From Eledone cirrhosa (lineage: Eukaryota), in NCBI GenBank assembly GCA_964016885.1, contig OZ024756.1, forward strand, positions 2,480,001-2,544,000: DNA of 64,000 nt. The letters run 5' to 3'. Positions within the stretch are counted from its first letter, which is position 1, and every line of letters starts with the position of its first letter. A program made the position numbers and the translations under genes. Positions 1 to 7,800 of this stretch are shown here, piece after piece. The notes beneath the pieces were generated by a model that was not told where the DNA came from, did not search any database, and saw nothing but the letters and a program-made list of their open reading frames with translations.

Positions 1-36
1 CTTAAACTTTAATCTGTTATTTTAATAAATAAATAA

Positions 37-82
<46 letters not shown>

Positions 83-153
83 GATATATATATAAGGGTG
101 AAAGCAGCGAATCTTTGCTTAAACTTTAATCTGTTATTTTAATAAATAAATAA

Positions 154-223
<70 letters not shown>

Positions 224-294
224 GATATATATATAAGGGTGAAAGCAGCGAATCTTTGCTTAAACTTTAATCTGTTATTTTAATAAATAAATAA

Positions 295-366
<72 letters not shown>

Positions 367-464
367 GATATATATATAAGGGTGAAAGCAGCGAATCTTT
401 GCTTAAACTTTAATCTGTTATTTTAATAAATAAATAAATAAATATATATATATATATATATATA
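1..464 (+). repeat. Tandem composite minisatellite: 78-bp core (GGGATATATATATAAGGGTGAAAGCAGCGAATCTTTGCTTAAACTTTAATCTGTTATTTTAA(TAAA)n) plus variable (TA)n; 3 full copies and 1 partial, runs off the window edge
   Basis: Identical cores start at 81, 222 and 365 (partial copy at 1-41). Periods are 141 and 143 bp and differ only in (TA)n length. Confidence 0.95.
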
Positions 465-961
465 GGAACCAGTAAGACCCCGACAGCTGAGCTCAAGCCG
501 TTTCGACGGCTAATTCTGGACTAAATGAAAATTTATCCTGGTATTTAAATAGCCGATCTTCTCAAGGGGTAATTCCATATATGGTCAAAGTGATTGTCAA
601 AAATCAGTAGTAATTCTGTGGTTGCAAATTAGTAGGGGAGATGGTGGCTAAACCTGCCAGTAGGAGAAAGAGGGGAGGGGTGGAGTAGACCCAATCAAGC
701 GTTGGTAGTGCCAGCTACAGCTGGGCATGAGGTCAAAGAAGATACAGGGGAGGGGGAGGGGGAGGAAGTCGGAACGGTAGGTAGAACAAAGGGGGGTAGA
801 AATAGGAAAGAAAAAATACTGAGAGTGAAGAAAAGCAAATAAGTGTAAAGAAAAAAGTAAAGTAAATTAAATTCTACGACCTAGGTGTCAGGCTATTGTT
901 AGGCGAGAATAAAATAAAGAAAGAAAGAAAGAAGTAAATAAATAAATAAATAAATAAATAA
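462..961 (-). repeat. Left arm of ~500-bp inverted repeat (hammerhead-bearing, Penelope-like pLTR candidate)
   Basis: Reverse complement of 1354-1856. By eye it differs only by two single-G homopolymer indels, one AAAG unit and (TAAA)n length. Confidence 0.95.
477..570 (-). ncRNA. Type I hammerhead ribozyme (U3-A8 core variant), minus-strand copy
   Basis: Exact reverse complement of 1748-1841. Predicted cleavage after GUC (C at position 482, minus strand). Confidence 0.8.
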
Positions 962-1353
962 GGAAATAAGTAAAAGAACTAGGTGGGACGGATAGGCAAG
1001 GACCCTTTTAAGAGGTATAAGTACGTAAATGATACGGTGACGGGTCAACAAAAGGGGCCAAAATACTAAAGAGACTACCACGAAATAAACAATAAAGGTT
1101 TCCATCCCGGGCCAGCAACGACCCAGTGCAGTAAAGTGAACTTGTACGAGATAATAATTCTGAGTCCCGAGAAAAATATATACTAATGCTAACTCTAAAA
1201 GATCTAAAACATGAAAGTTCGTACGAAATAAAGGTAGAATACGGAGAAATAAATTCAGAATCCACCCCGCCCAGAAGAAAAGCGAAGCAAGAAATACTGA
1301 AACGAAAAAATAAGGCATAAGTGCCACTAAGAAATATAGAGGGCACAGAGAAA

Positions 1354-1354
1354 T

Positions 1355-1389
<35 letters not shown>

Positions 1390-1856
1390 CTTCTTTCTTT
1401 CTTTATTTTATTCTCGCCTAACAATAGCCTGACACCTAGGTCGTAGAATTTAATTTACTTTACTTTTTTCTTTACACTTATTTGCTTTTCTTCACTCTCA
1501 GTATTTTTTCTTTCCTATTTCTACCCCCTTTGTTCTACCTACCGTTCCGACTTCCTCCCCCTCCCCCTCCCCTGTATCTTCTTTGACCTCATGCCCAGCT
1601 GTAGCTGGCACTACCAACGCTTGATTGGGTCTACTCCACCCCTCCCCTCTTTCTCCTACTGGCAGGTTTAGCCACCATCTCCCTACTAATTTGCAACCAC
1701 AGAATTACTACTGATTTTTGACAATCACTTTGACCATATATGGAATTACCCCTTGAGAAGATCGGCTATTTAAATACCAGGATAAATTTTCATTTAGTCC
1801 AGAATTAGCCGTCGAAACGGCTTGAGCTCAGCTGTCGGGGTCTTACTGGTTCCTAT
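1354..1856 (+). repeat. Right arm of ~500-bp inverted repeat
   Basis: Starts in (TTTA)n, ends ...CTGGTTCCTAT; reverse complement of 462-961. Confidence 0.95.
1748..1841 (+). ncRNA. Type I hammerhead ribozyme (U3-A8 core variant), plus-strand copy
   Basis: Helix I ACCCC(1748-52)/GGGGT(1837-41); core TTGAGAA(1753-59); helix II GA(T)CGGCTA(1760-68)/TAGCCGTC(1806-13); GAAA(1814-17); helix III ACGGCT(1817-22)/AGCTGT(1830-35) with loop TGAGCTC; cleavage triplet GTC (C1836). Confidence 0.8.
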
Positions 1857-1959
1857 TACCCACTCTACTACCTCAAGTATTGAGTACTTTGGTGCGTTAT
1901 GGTCCACCTGGTTCCTTACCACATTTCCTTCGTTATATATAACGATAATTTTTGTTATC

Positions 1960-1961
<2 letters not shown>

Positions 1962-2043
<82 letters not shown>

Positions 2044-2137
2044 TTATTTATTTATTAAAATAACAGATTAAAGTTTAAGCAAAGATTCGCTGCTTTCACC
2101 CTTATATATATATCCCATATATATATATATATATATA
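1962..2137 (-). repeat. (TA)n tract plus inverted copy of the 78-bp minisatellite core (2039-2116) plus (TA)n
   Basis: 2039-2116 is the reverse complement of 81-158 / 365-442. Confidence 0.93.
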
Positions 2138-2223
2138 CAATGATAAAAGACTTGCCGAGTGCTTTGAATCAGTTATAAACATTTATATTTGTTGAATTAC
2201 CAACAAATTGAATATCCCTTTTG

Positions 2224-2225
<2 letters not shown>

Positions 2226-2270
<45 letters not shown>

Positions 2271-2284
2271 TTGTGTGTGTATAT
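2226..2284. repeat. Compound microsatellite (TA)n(TG)n
   Basis: Directly visible. Confidence 0.95.
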
Positions 2285-2377
2285 AGGGTCAGACTGTCTG
2301 GGTGAATGAAATACATAGATACTGTGCAGATAAGCAGATTGATATATTTGCAGATATGCAGTTTTAAGTTGTGACTG

Positions 2378-2381
<4 letters not shown>

Positions 2382-2459
<78 letters not shown>

Positions 2460-2549
2460 TATTATGTGCGTGTATATATGTATGTGTATGTATATATGTG
2501 TATATATGCATACGTATATATGAATGTGTATATATGTATTTATGTATGT

Positions 2550-2598
<49 letters not shown>
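2382..2598. repeat. Compound microsatellite: (TA)n, degenerate TA/TG mix, (TA)n
   Basis: Directly visible; source of the IYIY ORFs. Confidence 0.95.
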
Positions 2599-2601
<3 letters not shown>

Positions 2602-3135
2602 TGTGGGTGAACAGAGATGATTGGAATGCATTTAAGTACATATATAGGTATACAGATATACATGTAGACAGATAAGCAGAATGAATGTAGTGGAATGGAA
2701 ACAACCATTCAGATGAGTATTCAGTGATTAAGACTGGCGGCAGGTAGATAGAGAAGAAACCTATAAAGAAGGAAGCTAGAAAGATAGATATATTGACTTA
2801 GAAATAGACTAGTAGTGAGATATCAGAATTGATAGACAACCGTATTACATGCCTCAATCAGATCTAAGAAGAAGAAGTAAAGAGAAAGAAGGAAGAAATG
2901 AAGAACTGAATGCCTAATTAATTGGAGTCGGCTTTCAACTTCCTCTCATTAACTACAAAAGCTGATGTTAAACTCATCAAAAATTATTTAATAAGTGCCA
3001 GATTCCTCCTTATCGTTGACATTACCATCACATCACATATTTCTCCTATTTGACCTCTAACAAATCAAATCTAGACTAGATTCACTCGAAATTAATGTTC
3101 GGCCATTTTGATTTATTTTAATGTTACATACGAAT

Positions 3136-3360
3136 ATAATAATAATTCCTAGTATAGGCACAAGGCCAGTAATTTGGGCGGAGGGAAATGTCGATTAAAG
3201 CGACCCCGGTGTGTGACTGGTACTTTATTTTCTCGACCCCGTAGGGAAGAAAGACAAAGCTAACCTCGCTGGGATTTTAACTTAGAACGTAAAAGGCCGT
3301 AACTCCATACTACGAAGTATGGTGTCCGACGATCTACCGATACTGCCAATCCACTCCACT
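3136..3360 (-). mobile_element. tRNA-derived SINE with Meta-like central domain, near full length (copy 1, long form)
   Basis: Minus strand reads A box TGGCAGTATCGG, degenerate B box GTTAAAATCC, core ...CTTTGTCTTTCTTCCCTACGGGGTCGAGAAAATAAAGTACCAG, 3' GGCCTTGTGCC and (ATT)n tail. Resembles octopus SINE/MetaSINE consensus from memory. Confidence 0.8.
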
Positions 3361-3364
3361 CAAA

Positions 3365-3409
<45 letters not shown>

Positions 3410-3548
3410 TATAATAATTGTTTCTACTTTTGGCACAAGGCCAGCAATTACCCAGTACATTATTTTACTAGTACTTTATTTTATCGACCCCGTAAGGATG
3501 AAAGGCAAAGTTAACCTCGGCGGGATTTGAACTCAGACCATAACGGGC
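3365..3548 (-). mobile_element. SINE copy 2 (short form, 5'-truncated) with expanded (ATT)n tail at 3365-3419
   Basis: Minus strand: B box GTTCAAATCC, GCCTTTCATCCTTACGGGGTCGATAAAATAAAGTAC; similarity stops at ~3548, A box missing. Confidence 0.8.
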
Positions 3549-3551
3549 TCT

Positions 3552-3960
3552 CCCTCTAATAGTGATAATAAATCTAAAGGCTTCCGAAAGCTCAATAAAT
3601 ATAAAAATCTTGCAATTGAAATTGAGAAAATGTTGGATCTTAAAAGCCTGTCTAAATACCAGTGATAGTCAGTGAACTTGGAATGATAGAAACAGGAAAC
3701 TGAAAATATTTGGTCCGGATACCTGGAAAGCCGTCTCTGCTGCAAGAGATACAGAAAATGGTGCTGACTGGTACTGTCCATGTAGGACATTATCAATTTA
3801 TATACCTTGCAAAGACATTTACTGTTATGTGTACCTTTGTGGTATCATTTGTGTGACAGTTGATTGAAAATTGTGTGGATTATCAAATTTGTCTCAGGTC
3901 TCACGTGGTTTTATATGGGAAAGAAGCAGAATTTGAAAGGAATTTTCAAATAATAATAAT
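3552..3960 (+). mobile_element. Decayed 3' end of R4/Dong-like non-LTR retrotransposon (restriction-like endonuclease C-terminus, 3' UTR, (TAA)n)
   Basis: Manual translation: PSNSDNKSKGFRKLNKYKNLAIEIEKMLDLK (3552-3644), frameshift, IPVIVSELGMIETGN*KYLVRIPGKPSLLQEIQKMVLTGTVH (3656-3781). Matches the recalled R4/Dong motif KxxKYxDLxxEIxxMW...IPVIVGALG...EIQKxxLxGTAH. Ends in TAATAATAAT. Confidence 0.75.
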
Positions 3961-4143
3961 TGTTTCTACTTTTGGCACAAGGCCAGCAATTACCCCAGTG
4001 TATTACTGGTACTTTATGTTATCGACCTCGTAAGGATGAAAGGCAAAGTTAACCATGACGGGATTTGAACTCAGACCCTAAAGGGCCGTAACTCTATGAT
4101 GCTAAGCATGTCATCCGACCCTCTACCGATACTGCCAATTCAC
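3949..4143 (-). mobile_element. SINE copy 3 (short form)
   Basis: A box TGGCAGTATCGG, B box GTTCAAATCC, Meta-like core and (ATT)n tail on minus strand; shares an internal deletion with copy 2. Confidence 0.8.
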
Positions 4144-4355
4144 AATAGTTTCTGATTTAGGCTCAAGGCCAGCCATCGGGGGGAGGGGAAAGTCGATTAA
4201 ATCGAGTCCAGTGTGTGACTGGTACTTTATTTTATCGACCCCGTATGGATGAAAGGCAAAGCTAACCAAGGCGGGATTTGAAATCAGAACTTAAAGGACC
4301 GTAACTCTATGCTGAAAAGCGTGGTGTCTGACGCTCTACCGATACTGCTAATTCA
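4144..4355 (-). mobile_element. SINE copy 4 (long form)
   Basis: A box TAGCAGTATCGG, B-box-like ATTTCAAATCC, GCCTTTCATCCATACGGGGTCGATAAAATAAAGTACCAG; abuts copy 3 head-to-tail. Confidence 0.8.
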
Positions 4356-4485
4356 GTACGGGCCCAGAGTAACATTGCAAACACTATCAATATAGGGGTT
4401 ACAATACATACAATACATGTGTTGCTGGACAAAGCTATACAGAAACGAGAACAACAACAAGGACGACTTAGATAGATAGAAAGAA

Positions 4486-4549
4486 CCGAAGTACACTTTG
4501 CTTTCAATCCTTTCATGTTCGTAAGAAAAGTAACAGTCAAGTACTAGAG
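4486..4549 (+). mobile_element. Highly degraded SINE core fragment (copy 5, opposite orientation)
   Basis: CCGAAGTACACTTTGCTTTCAATCCTTTCATGTTCGTAAGAAAAGTAACAGTC aligns to the SINE sense core CCGAGGTTAACTTTGCCTTTCATCCTTACGGGGTCGATAAAATAAAGTACCAGTC. Confidence 0.55.
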
Positions 4550-4567
4550 ATAATTCATTGTCTATAT

Positions 4568-4777
4568 CAGGCATGTCAAACTGAGGGTCATCCGAGAGCC
4601 AGATGGGTCACATATGTATTGTTTGAGGGCCTAATTGCGCACATTACAACTAATGCATTATATATTTTATATTACGAAGATAAAATATGCTGCCGCTGTA
4701 AAAAACCTTTTTGCGGGCCGCAGGTGTGTTTGCAAAGGGTCGCATTCGGCGCGCGGACCGCATGCTTGACGTGCCTG
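4568..4777. mobile_element. Non-autonomous hAT (Charlie-like) MITE, 210 bp
   Basis: TIRs CAGGCATGTCAAAC / GCTTGACGTGCCTG (12/14 match), subterminal GCGGGCCGCA-type motifs, degenerate TSD GTCTATAT / (G)TCTATCT resembling the Charlie NTCTANAN target. Confidence 0.75.
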
Positions 4778-4896
4778 TCTATCTCCTTCGAACATTCCCT
4801 CAATCGCACTCTTTTTCTCTGGAAGACGGGGAGATGGGATGGGCTCCGCTATTTGGGACGGGCTCTGCCACTTGTGATGGGTTAAATTACCCATTA

Positions 4897-7800
4897 AGTG
4901 CATGTCAAGTCGGTGTCACTACTACTGCAGTGCATGTCAAGTCAGTGTCCCTACTACTGAAGTGTATGTCAAGTCAGTATCACTACTACTGCAGTGTATG
5001 TCAACTCACTGTCACTACTACTGCAGTGTATGTCAAGTCAGTGTCACTACTACTGCAGTGTATGTCAAGTCAGTGTCAGTACTACTGAAGTGTATGTCAA
5101 GTCAGTACCACTACTACTAAAGTGTATGTCAAGTCGGTGTCACTACTACTGCAGTCCATGTCAAGTCGGTGTCACTACTACTGCAGAGTATGTCAAGAAA
5201 GTGTCACTACTACTGAAGTGTATGTCAAGTCGGTGTCACTACTACTGCAGTGTATGTCAAGTCAGTGTCACTACTACTGCAGTGTATGTCAAGTCAGTAC
5301 CACTACTATTGAAGTGTATGTCAAGTCTGTACCACTACTACTGCAGTGTATGTCAAGTCAGTGTCACTACTACTGCAGTGCATGTCAAGTCAGTGTCACT
5401 ACTACTGCAGTGTATGTCAAGTCAGTGTCACTACTACTGCAGTGTATGTCAAGTCAGTGTCACTACTACTGCAGTGTATGTCAAGTCAGTGTCACTACTA
5501 CTGCAGTGTATGTCAAGTCAGTGTCACTACTACTGCAGTGTATGTCAAGTCAGTGTCACTACTACTGGAGTGTATGTCAAGTCGGTGTCACTACTACTGC
5601 AGTGTATGTCAAGTCAGTACCACTACTACTGCAGTGTATGTGAAGTCAGTACCACTACTACTGCAGTGTATGTCAAGTCAGTGTCACTACTACTGCAGTG
5701 TATGTCAAGTCAGTGCCACTACTACTGCAGTGTATGTCAAGTCAGTGTCACTACTACTGCAGTGTATGTCAAGTCAGTACCACTACTACTGCAGTGTATG
5801 TCAAGTCAGTGTCACTACTACTGCAGTGTATGTCAAGTCAGTGTCACTACTACTGCAGTGTATGTCAAGTCGGTGTCAATACTACTGCAGTCCATGTCAA
5901 GTCAGTGTCACTACTACTGCAGTGTATGTCAAGTCAGTGTCACTACTACTGCAGTGTATGTCAAGTCAGTACCACTACTACTGCAGTGTATGTCAAGTCA
6001 GTGTCACTACTACTGAAGTGTATGTGAAGTCACTGTCACTACTACTGCAGTGTAAGTCAAGTCAGTGTCACTACTACTGCAGTGTATGTCAAGTCAGTAT
6101 CACTACTACTGCAGTGCATGTCAAGTCAGTGTCACTACTACTGAAGTGTATGTCAAGTCAGTGCCACTACTACTGCAGTGTATGTCAAGTCAGTGTCACT
6201 ACTACTGAAGTGTATGTCAAGTGAGTGCCACTACTACTGCAGTGTATGTCAAGTCAGTACCACTACTACTGCAGTGTATGTCAAGTCAGTGTCACCACTA
6301 CTGCAGTGTATGTCAAGTCAGTGCCACTACTACTGCAGTGTATGTCATGTCAGTGTCACTACTACTGCAGTGCATGTCAAGTCAGTGTCACTACTACTGC
6401 AGTGTATGTCAAGTCAGTGTCACTACTACTGCAGTGTATGTCAAGTCAGTGTCACTACTACTGCAGTGTATGTCAAATCAGTGTCACTACTACTGCAGTG
6501 TATGTCAAGTCAGTGTCACTACTACTGAAGTGTATGTCAAGTCAGTGTCACTACTACTGCAGTGTATGTCAAGTCAGTGTCACTACTACTGCAGTGTATG
6601 TCAAGTCAGTACCACTACTACTGCAGTGTATGTCAAGTCAGTGTCACTACTACTGAAGTGTATGTGAAGTCACTGTCACTACTACTGCAGTGTAAGTCAA
6701 GTCAGTGTCACTACTACTGCACTGTATGTCAAGTCAGTATCACTACTAATTGCAGTGCATGTCAAGTCAGTGTCACTACTACTGAAGTGTATGTCAAGTC
6801 AGTGCCACTACTACTGCAGTGTATGTCAAGTCAGTGTCACTACTACTGCAGTGTATGTCAAGTCAGTGTCACTACTACTGAAGTGTATGTCAAGTCAGTG
6901 CCACTACTACTGCAGTGTATGTCAAGTCGGTGTCACTACTACTGCAGTGTATGTCAAGTCAGTGCCACTACTACTGCAGTGTATGTCAAGTCAGTGTCAC
7001 TACTACTGCACTGTATGTCAAGTCAGTATCACTACTAATTGCAGTGCATGTCAAGTCAGTGTCACTACTACTGAAGTGTATGTCAAGTCAGTGCCACTAC
7101 TACTGCAGTGTATGTCTAGTCAGTGTCACTACTACTGCAGTGTATGTCAAGTCAGTGTCACTACTACTGAAGTGTATGTCAAGTCAGTGTCACTACTACT
7201 GAAGTGTATGTCAAGTCAGTGTCACTACTACTGCAGTGCATGTCAAGTCAGTGTCACTACTACTGCAGTGTATGTCAAGTCAGTGTCACTACTACTGCAG
7301 TGTATGTCAAATCAGTGTCACTACTACTGCACTGTATGTCAAGTCAGTATCACTACTAATTGCAGTGCATGTCAAGTCAGTGTCACTACTACTGCAGTGC
7401 ATGTCAAGTCAGTGCCACTACTACTGCAGTGTATGTCAAGTCAGTGTCACTACTACTGCAGTGTATGTCAAGTCAGTGTCACTACTACTGAAGTGTATGT
7501 CAAGTCAGTGTCACTACTACTGAAGTGTATGTCAAGTCAGTGTCACTACTACTGCAGTGTATGTCAAGTCAGTGTCACTACTACTGCAGTGTATGTCAAG
7601 TCAGTGTCACTACTACTGCAGTGTATGTCAAGTCAGTGTCACTACTACTGCAGTGTATGTCAAATCAGTGTCACTACTACTGCAGTGTATGTCAAGTCAG
7701 TGTCACTACTACTGCAGTGTATGTCAAGTCAGTGTCACTACTACTGCAGTGCATGTCAAGTCAGTGTCACTACTACTGAAGTGTATGTCAAGTCGGTGTC

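Larger units (their letters stand above)
462..1935. mobile_element. Penelope-like element (PLE) / retrozyme-like remnant: two partial copies in inverted, head-to-head arrangement, no coding region visible
   Basis: Hammerhead in each arm, inverted partial duplication, ~80-bp 3' extension on one copy only (1857-1935), and (TA)n flanks are all known PLE pLTR traits. The pyrimidine-rich minus strand continues through 962-1350. No RT or GIY-YIG ORF is present, so the family assignment is inferred. Confidence 0.6.

Noticed and set aside
670-796. G-quadruplex from G-runs in the inverted-repeat arm
   Set aside because: Only three closely spaced runs of 3 or more G; lies antisense to the ribozyme; weak.
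899-1346. Hydrophobic 142-aa and 112-aa minus-strand ORFs
   Set aside because: Result of T-rich composition and (TTTA)n; alternative starts; no recognisable domain such as RT or GIY-YIG.
2297-2682. Short direct repeats TGGGTGAA and CAGATAAGCAGA around the microsatellite
   Set aside because: Too short and low-complexity to call a TSD or element.
1822-2708. IYIY-repeat ORFs
   Set aside because: Translations of (TA)n microsatellites.
3270-4355. tRNA genes suggested by A/B boxes
   Set aside because: No cloverleaf; the boxes are SINE heads followed by SINE core and tail.
3260-4903. Short ORFs of 66-125 aa
   Set aside because: They cross SINE, MITE and microsatellite boundaries; 3533-3796 (-) is merely antisense to the Dong-like relic.
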